A stretch of DNA of 64,000 bases, taken from Octopus vulgaris. Its lineage: Eukaryota. A program made the position numbers and the translations under genes. The DNA lies in the NCBI GenBank assembly GCA_951406725.2, contig OX597817.1, forward strand, positions 60,636,001 to 60,700,000, read 5' to 3'. This document shows, one piece after another, positions 52,905 through 64,000 of the stretch; positions within the stretch are counted from its first letter, which is position 1; each line of letters begins with the position of its first letter. The notes under the pieces are model-generated. The model had not been told where the DNA came from, searched no databases, and saw nothing but the letters and a program-made list of their open reading frames with translations.

Positions 52905-54384
52905 GCGAAGAATTCTGGAGAGAAAGAGGTGATGAAATCACGAACAGCTGCTTTTGCATCTTCTTCAGATTTGAAGTTTTTTTCCTTGCAAAATGTTGTC
53001 TAATACCTGGAAAACGTGATAGTCAGTTGGTGCAAGGTCTGGTGAATATGGTGGATGACAGAGTACTCCCAAGTTCAGTTCCTGTAACTTGAGTAGCGTT
53101 CTTTGTGCAACTTGTGGTCGAGCATCGTCTTGCAAGAGAATTGACCTGTCTCTATTGACCAATTTCGGTTGTTTAATTGCAAGTTCACTCATCATTTCAT
53201 CCAATTAGTTGATGTATACGGAGACCCCCCTCCGGTCACGAATGACCATGGGATTGCACCTAGAAATTTACACTCCGAGGCACAAGCCCGGGCAAGGTTG
53301 TTTAGGGGAGACCAGCAGTCGCCCATGCATACCAGCCTCCTCTCTCCGCGGGAAAGGCAAAGGCCGATACAGCTTGGCACCAGTGACGTCGTAATTCATT
53401 TCTACACTGAGTGAACTGGAGCAACGTGAAATAAAGTGTCCTGCTCAAGAACACAACACGCCGCCCGGTCCGGGATTCGAACTCACAACCTCAAGGTCGT
53501 CAGTTCATCACTCTAACCATTGAGCTATGCGCCTTCACGGTTGATGTATACACCCGCTGTAATTGACTTTGCAGGTCTCATGAAGCTGTAATGGATGACA
53601 CCAGCACTGGACCATCAAACAGACACCATTAGCTTTTTTTTTTGGTGAATATTCTTTTTTGTAATGTGTTTTGGTACTTCGTCTCTATCCAACCACCGTG
53701 TAGAACAATCGCTTTTGTTGAAAAGAATTCATTTTTCATCACACATAACAGTACGATGCAAAAATGGTTCGCTTTTATGCCACGACAGCAAAGAACAGCA
53801 AGTTTCGAGACGACGTGTCATTTGATGCTCGTTCAGTTCGTGTGATACCCACTTGTCCAGCTTCTTTACCTTGTCGATTTGTTTCAGCTGTCCCAGTACA
53901 GTTGGAATCGAAACATCAAACCTTGCTGTTAACTCATGCGTAGTTTGAGATGCACCCGTTTCCACTACAGTTGCCACTTCATCATTATCCACCTTGGTCT
54001 CAGGTCTACGACGGGGTTGATTTTCAAGAATAAAGTCACAAGACCGGAACTTCTCAAACCATCATCGTACAGTGCGCTCATTCCCCACATCTTCACCAAA
54101 CACCTCATTGATGTTTCGAGCTGTCTGAGATGCATTGGTTCCACGACGGAACTCATTCATAAACAACACGAATTCTTTTATCTATCCATGGGTTTACAAA
54201 AATTGATTTACAAGAGAAAACTCACAATATAATTAATCAGACACCACGAATTGAATTTCGAAAAGTGATAATGTAATTCTCCAATACTTTAAAACAAAGA
54301 ATTTTCAAGATAAAACATTAGAGTTGACGACTGTCAAACTTGGTGCATAAGAAAATCGGACATTTCATTCTTGATGACCTGATA
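52905..54384 (-). mobile_element. Near-full-length decayed mariner transposon interrupted by a SINE
   Basis: KKLDKWVSHEL, FLHRTVMCDEK, LLQDDARP, LCHPPYSPDLAPTDYHVF; left TIR-like tatcaggtcatcaagaatgaaatgtccg at ~54357-54384. Confidence 0.92.
53220..53539 (-). mobile_element. SINE family C variant inserted in mariner, with 12-bp TSD
   Basis: TSD gttgatgtatac at 53208-53219 and 53540-53551; head gaaggcgcatagctcaatggttaga...gagttcgaatccc. Confidence 0.92.
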
Positions 54385-55177
54385 TATTGAGCACTAAGGC
54401 AGTTTGAAAGCTATCTGTCACTCACATGTTTCGGTTCTTGGTTCGCATCGTTTTGCAATTACATTGATGATCTAAAAACAAGAAGACAAAATGTAATGCT
54501 ATAAATATTACTCTTGCTATTCATACAAATAAGGTTTCACCTCAAAGTAAACTTACAGCAGCCAGTTCAAAGGGAGACGTTGTCAGGTTGAAAACCTGAT
54601 TACAGACTGGAAGATGACATCGGAAGTATTAAAATGTACGTCAATGATTTTTATCAAAACAGAGAAATAAATAACTAAATAAATAAATAAATAAGAGCAC
54701 CAAACCTTGAGAATTTTAAGCAACCATTGTATGTAGAAAGTAAGTTGAAAGCAGCTTGGTGTATATACGTCTATTCTGGGTGAACGATCCCCATTTCTTT
54801 GCCAATCAAGTCAATCCAAAAGGAAGCTTCCTGTAATCTTCGCAATCGATGGAGCAGAAACGACCCAAAAGCTCAACATTAGTTTACATCATCACACAGG
54901 ATGCTGCATCAACAATGCTCTGTAAAATGCACACATGTCCATCTGAACTCTGATATACCTTGCCATCAGAGAATGGTAAAAGCCACGGAATAAACGTTCG
55001 CTTCGTGAGTGGTTTTATTGGATGAATGAGGAGTTATCGTTCTTTTACGTGACAAAGAATGTTTGCCTGTGTTCAAGTTGAACCATTTCCGATATATTAG
55101 AGCTACTTTAATACGCGGCATGTCTGGACTGACTTTCTAGATAAAGATCAGTTTTGTGCGATGCAGACGTAGCTATG

Positions 55178-55450
55178 GGAAGGCTCACGGCCTAGTGGTC
55201 AGGCTGTTGCATTCGTGATCATTAGTTCGTGGTTTCGATACCAGACCGCGTGGTGCGTTGTGTTCTTGACTATTTCATTTTGTTTCACGTTGCTCCAGTC
55301 CACTCAGTTGTAAATGAATTCCAGTAAAAGCTTGGAAGTTAACCCTGCGATGGACCGGCGTCCCATTCCAGATGGTTTGTTGTAATATTAGTCATTTATA
55401 TGCCATAAGAACCGGGTTAAGCTCCAGGGCTTATGGGCTTTAGGTCTTAT
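55178..55450 (+). mobile_element. SINE family C, degenerate, third tail type
   Basis: ggcctagtggtcagg..ttcgatacc..gtgcgttgtgttcttga..tttcacgttgctccagtccactcag..aaccctgcgatggaccggcgtcccattcca. Confidence 0.7.
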
Positions 55451-55793
55451 GACAGACCTGACCCTAGAGTTGGTCACCATGAACGGTCTTAAGAGGTTGT
55501 TAAGTGTAATATTTGTTAAGACTTTAGAGTTCAGACTCTAAATGGTTTATGGGAAGTTTTCATTTTAAAAGTAAAAGAAGGTCTTCAAGTGACATGATAA
55601 TGAATAATTAATGGGTAGCGACTCTGGTTGTGAGTAGTCAAAGCCGGTGTGAGAAGGGTTAATAAGAAGTCAAAGGTGCCATCGTCTGTAATAGGGATTT
55701 GGGTGAGATAACAACCAGTAGGTCCTTCCATTTTCTTCATGTTGAAACCACTTTGAAATATTCAGAACATTCACACACACATACACACATATG

Positions 55794-55867
<74 letters not shown>

Positions 55868-55904
55868 ATATATATATATATATATATATACATACATACA
55901 TGTA

Positions 55905-55951
<47 letters not shown>

Positions 55952-56993
55952 GCACCACACTAATACATATATATACATATACACATATATATACATATAC
56001 ACACACGCATATATATATATATATGTGTGTGGGGGGCAGTGCCCCAGCATGGCCGCAGCCTCAAGGCTGAAACATATAAAAGAATAAAAGAATACACACA
56101 CGCACATACATTTAACGCCATTGTTTTGGCTATCAACTTTTAGATTTTTCTAATATTTTTCTCGAAAACTAGACAGCAGAAGATCTAAGCGAAAATGGCT
56201 ATTTATATTTTTGGAACATTGGGTTTTGAAATAAGTAATAACAATGTTGTTGGTAAACATATTTCTCTCTGAATTTGCATAGTCGATGGTATTTAGTTTA
56301 GGTGTTACTCATTGAAGTGTAGGAAACTGTGTTCGGGGAATAATTACCTAAGAAACGCTCTGTAGTATTTTTAGGTAACAAAACTCATAAAACGCTGGTG
56401 TGAAAACACAATATTGTTGACAGAAGTGGCGGTGGGGCTGTTGATGTTTTTTTAGGCTCATTTTAACAATGAAAGCTTGAAGAAATAACTATTCACTTAA
56501 GTCTAAAATGCAAACGTAATCAAATGCATTCTTCGTGAAAGTCATTTTCTGAAATTTAAGACACGTTAATTTTGTTTAGTTCCTTTCTTAAATTCTTTTT
56601 CTTTTTCTTCTTCTTCTTCTTATTCTCTTGTCGACAGATAACTGATTGGAAAATTATATCCAAATATCGAGGTGAGGGAGGTAAAAGCTACCTTATTCTC
56701 TCTGTTAAAATTGAGAGATTAGGGGTGGGGGCGAGAGAAGAATGTTTTCAAGTTATTTTGAAGCAGCACCTTTTATCATCTAACTTTTACTTATTCCTAT
56801 CATTCGACTGCGGCCTTGCTGGGGCACTACCTTGAAAGGTTTAGTCGAACGAATCGACCCTATTACCTACTTTATTGTTTTATTTCAAGCCTGACACTTA
56901 TTCAATCGGCTTCTTTTGTCGAATTGCCAAGTTGTGGGGGTGTAAAGAAACAAAAAATAGTTGTCAAGCGGTGGTGGGGGACAAATACAAAGT

Positions 56994-57075
<82 letters not shown>

Positions 57076-57085
57076 CACACAAACA

Positions 57086-57958
57086 CAGAGTCACTCGGAC
57101 TAAATTTGACAACATATTTTGTCTAATTTTTCCTGGAATAGCTTAATGTATAGGTGAACAGTCAACAAGCGTTGGAGAACATAAAAATGAAAGTTATAGT
57201 TGAGAAAAAAGTTAGTTGACATGGAGAACTGGAAGCCATCTGAATATCGGAAAGGAGTTGCCTGTGTCCTGATGGTTCGCGCCGGGTATCGAAATGCCAA
57301 TATCATGTCTGCTGCTCGATGCTCACTGATGAACATTGTAAGGGCTATAAAACGTGACATGGTCAACTGTAACGGAGATTACGAAGCTGTGGTCAGCAGG
57401 TGTTCTGACTGAGCCTGCTGGCTAGAATTCATCTCCACATCTTTGAACAGAGTCTTAGACACACGGCTCTGTGAAACTGCTGGAGCCCATAGTCGAACCC
57501 TGGCGAGAGAGACTAAATGCTGGAAAGCAACATGTGTGGAAGCAGGATTCTGCTCCTAGTCATATCTCTGGAAAGTTTCGGATGTGGATGTCGCAGTATT
57601 TCTACAACTTCACCAACCTCCATTTCTAGCCCCCTAATTCCCTTGATTGTAACCCCATGGGTTACTATGTATGGGGCACGGTTCAAAAAGACACCAATTG
57701 CTCTGCCTGCAACACCAAGGCCGAGCTGATGGTCGAGATCAAGATGTTCGAAGATCTTCTCAAGGACACAGTGAGCAATACATACTCCAAGTTGCGGAAC
57801 CCTCGTGGGGCCGTAGTGGAAGCTGAGACCAGTTACTTTGTGTAAGCTATTATCTCCCAATCAATCTAATCTAATTTTCAAAATACTCTTATTTTTGTAT
57901 GAGATGTATTTTCTCTTCCTTTTATGCAAACTGTCAAATTTAGCCCGAACACGCCGTA
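57086..57958 (+). mobile_element. Internally deleted Tc1/mariner DD37D-like transposon with TIRs, inside a family B SINE
   Basis: TIRs tcggactaaatttgaca / tgtcaaatttagcccga; peptides NWKPSEYRK, DSAP-SHIS, PNSLDCNPMGYYVWG..EAETSYFV. The SINE tail (56790-56995) and head (57965-58076) flank it on minus. Confidence 0.85.
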
Positions 57959-59677
57959 CATATACAATGGGCTTCTATCCAGTTTTCGTTAACTAAATTC
58001 ACTCTCAAGGCATTGGTTTGCCCAGGGCTATAATAGAACCACGTGGTTTCTTAATCACACAACCATGCCTACGCCAAGCCATTCTTGTAGCTTTCTTTAA
58101 TAACCCACATTAATTACTATATAATTAACTGACTAAATTAACGTATTTCATGTGCGTTTTGTATCGCTGTCTTCCTAACGAGAGCCTCGTCTGACAATGC
58201 CGATCGTGTGTCTTCCTATCAGTCGTGCGATCGGTGGCACTGCGATGATTTTATGACTAATCCATTTAAAATCTCGTTGGCTCATCTTACATAAGGTTTA
58301 AGGTGATTAGTTAGCATAACAAGATTACCACTGACACCCAGTGCTGAGTTCAAATCCTTCAACACCTATAACTCGACGAGGTTAGCTTTTTCTTCTTCTT
58401 GTGCCAGTAAGATGAATCAACCGCTGATTAATATATCTGATTAGATTATATCAGTTAATTGTTTATCTCTCTCTAAGCAGTTGGCTTTACGTTAACTCTA
58501 CAAGATATTTAGCTCACATCAGTTGACAAAAAGATACTTTGGGAGATGGAGTCTTTGCTAACCATATTGAGCAGTTACCCAAGTCAAACAGACACCAAGC
58601 AACATGCCGACGCTCATCTTTCTGAACCTCCCTTCCGCTAGATTCACATATCTCTGACTAGAATCTCTAACATTAATAAGCTATATTAGTTTTATCATAA
58701 TTAACACTATCTACATAAACATTAAACATGGCGGTCGCGTTCCCCTAATACACATTCCTTGTAACAACACTATATCTTCTCATATTTTCTTTATCCTTTA
58801 ACATTTACGTTTATTATTTATTTTTACTTTTTCCGCTTTTTAAATTTTTTTTAAATACATCTTCGTTTCTTTTTTTTTATATAGTATTCTTAAATAATAT
58901 TTTGAGGATGTAATAACTGCTTATGAACAACAAGAAAATGTGAATATAATTGAAAAGAATAGCTCGCCATATTTTAATTATGCTAATTGCCATTATCTTG
59001 GCGGTATATCAGAATGGTCGCTTACAAAAAAAACTCACCAGAACATTTAAAGAAAGTGTCAGATAAATGCTGATACGGGGTGTGAGGTGAGTGGGGGTGG
59101 ATAAGGGTGGAATGAAAAAAAGAAAAGAATCAAGTAACATTGAAAGAACGAAGCAAACAAAAGAGTTGGATTAAGCGAGAAAGCGTCTGTGAAACTTAAG
59201 AGATTAGAACTGAAGGAAAAGAAAACAACAACAACAACGGTGGAACCGAGAGAAATACAACAAATAAACAGATAAGACAAACACTCTGTCTACCCATTAG
59301 ACAGCGATACGAGGCTATTTTTGTTATTTATCATTGTTATTAACCGGGAGGAGAAGGGGGAGGAGGAGGAGGAGGAGGAGAAGAAGAAGAAGAAGAAGAA
59401 GAAGATGACGATGATGATGATGAAAGTAAAACCATTCAAATGGAGAAAGTGAAAAAAAAAAGAATTTATCTGGCGATAAGACGTTGTATGTACGTAAGGA
59501 GAGGAGTTATGTTATATCACAAAAGATACAATAAGCACTAGTGACAGCATCCAAGGGATAGAGGAAATGATATATATGTATGTGTGTGTGTATATATATA
59601 TGTGTGTGTCTGTGTGTGGGGGGTTATTTCCATATATGCATGTTTGTATGCGTAATTATATGCATACATAGAAATGC

Positions 59678-59721
<44 letters not shown>

Positions 59722-59915
59722 CAGATCTAATAGTGAGGGATTATCAATCCGGGCAAAATACTCCGTAAGCTCCCTGTTGGCACACCACACTAACAATATT
59801 GCTTGGATGAGTAACTAGGGTCCGAAGTTATGGTTCATCACAATTCTGTATTGTAAATCCGTGGATGGGCTTCAGATAAACCGGTTTTTACCTACACACA
59901 CATGTATATTAAGAA

Positions 59916-60345
59916 ACAAGTTTAAAATAATGGTCATTACATATTATTCCTTTATTGGAGCAAATATGGCTTACAGCTGTTTCCAGTAGTCATTATAGGT
60001 TTACTCAATTAGCTTATTGATCAACTGAGGCAAATTGAACGAACAAAGAGAATTAATGCTACTTTCGGTCAGAGTCATTTCTGGATATAACAAGCAGAGA
60101 GCTCTTGAGGAATGGCTACTGTGTGGGGAAAGTGGGGGAAAAGGATGTTCATGTAGAATAGAGAACAGGGGAAGACAGATTACAAAGGGATGGGGAGCAA
60201 GTACAGGATTCACTTTGTAGTAGTAGTGGTACCAATTCAGTAAGACTACCAGTAATGTATCTATTATGACTACTGGAAAGAGCTGTAAGCCAAATTTAGT
60301 ATAATAAAGGAATTATATGTAATGACCATCATTTTTTTACTTGTC
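59916..60345. repeat. Fold-back element with ~85-bp inverted arms
   Basis: aatggtcattacatattattcctttatt...tggcttacagctgtttccagtagtcat (59916-59999) is complementary to 60261-60345. Confidence 0.8.
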
Positions 60346-60498
60346 AGCCAATGTAAGTTTGTTCTCTGACTAAATGATGTTTTATTAAAACTAAAAACGC
60401 ATGAATATATTTATGAAATTTCTATATTAAATACGCATCCTTTTCTTTCATAATTTGTATCCCTGCAATTTTAATACTTCCAAACAAGCAAACTGTCG

Positions 60499-60880
60499 AT
60501 ATAAGGTTGGAACGAAAATCCTGGCGCACTTCAGAAAACGTTTCTTTGGTCTTGATTGATATATTTAATCAAGATAATATTTCTCATTATTATTTTATTT
60601 TAATTTTTTTAATTTTTATCTAGTTTCAGCTCACAAGCTGTGGCCATGCTGGGGCACCGCCATTAAACAAAATAGGACCCGGGGGGGGGGGGGGCTTCGC
60701 CCGAAAGGTGGAATTGAACCACTCTGACGTCAGTCAGCTACAGGTTTGAAGCCTGCACTCCAGACCACTGAAGCTCGTTATTGATAACTAATAAAACTAA
60801 TCTTTTTGGCAAATTCAAATTCTTCGTGTTCCGAAGCAAAGAAACACTCAAAATAATGGTTAATCTCTTCCCGATTAATA
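60499..60880 (-). mobile_element. Mariner 3'-end relic interrupted by the tRNA-Sec chimera
   Basis: EEINHYFECFFAS..NLPKR...VIN|NNEKYYLD* across the insertion; TIR-like TAtaaggttggaacgaaa. Confidence 0.65.
60698..60779 (-). tRNA. tRNA-Sec (anticodon TCA), lacking about the first 5 nt of the acceptor stem; probable retropseudogene
   Basis: Reverse complement aacgagcttcagtggtctggagtgcaggcttcaaacctgtagctgactgacgtcagagtggttcaattccacctttcgggcg aligns along its whole length with metazoan tRNA-Sec. Long D stem and variable arm retain pairing; anticodon at 60747-60749. Confidence 0.92.
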
Positions 60881-61517
60881 AAAACTAGTGATTCTGCCAA
60901 TATAGGGCCTTAATAATAATTATTTCTAATTTAGGCCTGCAATTTGTTCGACGCACTACTAGTTCTGTGAAACCATCACTCATTCCGGTAGTTTCTAATT
61001 TATTTGAATGGAAGTGGTTAGCTGATACTATCGCATCCAGTTCTTGAATAAGACAATATTTTCTTGATCTTGGCGAGATTTGAACTCACAACGTAAAGAG
61101 TCGGAAGAAACGACGCAAGACCTTTTTCTGGAAGCTCTAACTATTCTGACTCTTCATCGTTCGTCATTTTTTTATTTTGATGTTCGTTTAAGTCCTCGAC
61201 TAAAGATATTGATTACGAAAACATGATATCAATATATGTAGTCACAGGTGCAGACGTGGCCGAGTGGTTAACAAATTTGCTTTCCAACCACGTATTGCCG
61301 GGATCAGTCCTATTGCACGGCACATCGACCAACTGTTTTCTATGTTAGCCCCAAGACGATCAATGTATTGCGAGAAAATTTTGCGGAAGCTCGACTTATA
61401 TATATATGTATATATCACCGGTATATTATTGTTATTTTAATATTTCTATTATATGTAATTTTCTAGATGGCGTAATTTAATTGTTCCTTTTGAATTGATA
61501 AAAGGTGTTTTTTTCTA

Positions 61518-61565
<48 letters not shown>

Positions 61566-62980
61566 TTGTGAAATTTGATTTAGTATTTCTAAATTGAATT
61601 TTTTCCTTGTAAGTTAGGATTAATATTCCCTCAAATAATTATTATATATATATGTATATACATAGGAGAAAGGGGTACGTTACGCCGCAATAATATATGT
61701 ATAAAACTTATATATAAAATGTACAAAAGGGGACAAGAACGCAAACTACACAAAGAGACGACATAAAAAAACAGACAGGTCATTCGAAGCCTCTAATCTT
61801 CAGTCAGGAACCGGATCATCTTAGCAATTTCGGCTGATTAATCCCGATATCGCTCCGATCCAGCCAGCCCCAAGGAAAAACTAAGCTCCGAGCATTAGAT
61901 TTATTGGAAAAAGGATCGAATGTATACGAAACAAAGACAGAAAACCGGACGGTATATATATATATATATATATACGGTAGTCTTTCATTCGCGCACGAAA
62001 GGCGGTTCTACAATTTTTTCCCGAAAAGACCTCCACAAAATAATTTGTTGCTTGAACAAATGGTTCGGTGTGTCATACATGTAAGGAGTCGAAGTGATCG
62101 CCGAGTAACATGAGTTGAAGTGTTCTGCTCAAGAATATAAGGCACCACACGTTCCAGGTATTGAAATCACGATCTCCTGATTGTGAGTGCAACGCCCTAA
62201 CCCTCAGGCCGTGTGCCCCCACCACACAAATAGTTCATGCATTACATAATATATGTGTGCGTGTGTGAATGCGTTTGTCTTCGCTTTCCCCATGGCCCGA
62301 CAGCCATGTTAGTTTGTTTACGTATGCCTTAGCGGTTCAACCAACGAGTCCAATAGAATAAGTACAGGTCTTTAAAAATATCGTAAGTATTAGGGTCTCT
62401 TTGTTTCTGCAAAAACCCCCTCCAGACGGTGCTCTAGCATGGCCGCACTCCAATCACTGAGACAAGTAAAAGGCAGAAGAGGATTAGACTGCCGTGTAGG
62501 TGAATGCTTTCTTTCTTTTTGTAAACAATTGCGCAAATAACGAGAGAGCGGTAGAGAACAAGAATTAATTATAACAGGGGTCTTCTATCATCATCTGCGA
62601 CGTAGGTGAGTAAAGTGTCTTTTTCCTAAATGCTTAAATAGATTTGTGTAAATAATGAGACGAGTAATAAGAGTAATGCAAAAGAAAACAACGAATAAAC
62701 AAAACAAATAAAGTATGCAAAGCTATACAAACCTCGCCGCCAAAAGCAAGAAGAAATAAACGGGGAATTTCGATGGTAAATACATTACAGAATTAGAGAA
62801 AGAGTTTCGTGCACGAATTATTAAACTTGATAGCTGTAAATATTTTCTTTCGCTGTTAAAAGAAACCGAAGCCAAATGAGAGGAGAGAATATTTGTCTTC
62901 TATTGAAAGGTCGCATTTCATAAAATCGAGTCTTTCTCTTCTGCTGACGATTGAAACGTTTTGACATACAGAAACACACA

Positions 62981-63063
<83 letters not shown>

Positions 63064-63070
63064 ACACACA
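62981..63070. repeat. (CA)n microsatellite
   Basis: Direct reading. Confidence 0.95.
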
Positions 63071-64000
63071 CTGAGAATGGTATAATTAATTTTATGTATT
63101 TAGTTTTGTTTTGGTTATCTTTTATCGCTTACTTGTTACTTTCATGGGCCTGCGGCCATGCTGGGGCATCGCCTTTAAGGGTTTATTCTAATTTTATTTA
63201 TATTAAAGCCTTGTATTTAATCTATTTATTTAAAAGTCTGGTATTTATTTTAAAGCTTGGTATTTAATCTACCGGTCACTTTTGCCGAAGTGCTAAGTTA
63301 TGGGACATACAGAAACCAACACCAGTTCTCAAACAGTGGTAGAGGACAAACACAATGGTACACACACACATACACACATACGTACACACACACGCACTCT
63401 CAAGCAAGCATGGCACACACACATACACACATACGTACACACACACGCACTCTCAAGCAAGCATCACAACCACACAGCTATGTGTGCTCCTTTTATATAC
63501 CAAAACATACGCAGAGTCACGCAGAGTCACGCAGAGTCACGCACAGTCAAGATAAAATAAGATAAACCTGGTATAAATGAAACGGAGAAGAACCAATAAA
63601 AATTAACCGAGACCGTCAGTAACATGTAATTAAACAGCAAAGATGAATATCGTTTTGTTGCATAATTAACAAAAATAAATTCCTGATGGAATTATCTCCG
63701 ATTCCAGAGAGAGTGGACAAATCTCTTAAAATGGAAAGGAGAGATACTACATATCAAGAATCAAGAATTTCTTCATAAGTGACAGGTCGTTAAAGAAATA
63801 GCAGTCTGGTAGTCCGAGGACAAGAGGACAGCTGTATCAAATGTTTCTGCTTCAATAAGTATCGTCAACACAGCAGAAAAGGACATATCGAATTTAGAGG
63901 ATTCTTTCTTCTTGACATGAATCCTCTCTCATAATTTAGATTTGGTACTAAATGCTACAAATAACTTGTCTACCCGCTCTGAAACGCACATAATTTCAAT

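Noticed and set aside
60698-60784. Functional tRNA-Sec gene
   Set aside because: The 5' acceptor-stem bases are missing and the upstream sequence is mariner-derived; kept only as a probable pseudogene.
63360-63550. ~53-bp tandem duplication and (gcagagtcac)n run resembling a repeat-spacer array
   Set aside because: Simple minisatellite with no unique spacers; eukaryotic context and no cas genes, so not CRISPR.

Overview
Eukaryotic, AT-rich, repeat-saturated DNA that is intronic or intergenic. The SINE families, R4/Dong LINEs and extreme microsatellite density point to a coleoid cephalopod, probably Octopus (inference). No intact protein-coding gene was found; nearly all listed ORFs are translations of microsatellites or decayed transposons. 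Recognisable content: decayed R4/Dong-clade, Tx1, CR1 and HERO non-LTR retrotransposons; several mariner and DD37D (maT-like) transposase relics; a non-autonomous Helitron; a hAT MITE; three abundant tRNA-derived SINE families; an orphan degenerate 5.8S rRNA; and a 5'-truncated tRNA-Sec retrocopy fused to a SINE/LINE 3' tail inside a mariner relic. There is also a ~200-bp repeat family carrying a variant minimal hammerhead-ribozyme motif, plus fold-back elements with hammerhead-like arms. One plausible 90-nt coding exon (34022-34111, +) suggests the window may lie inside a large gene. All calls were made by eye; boundaries of decayed elements are approximate.
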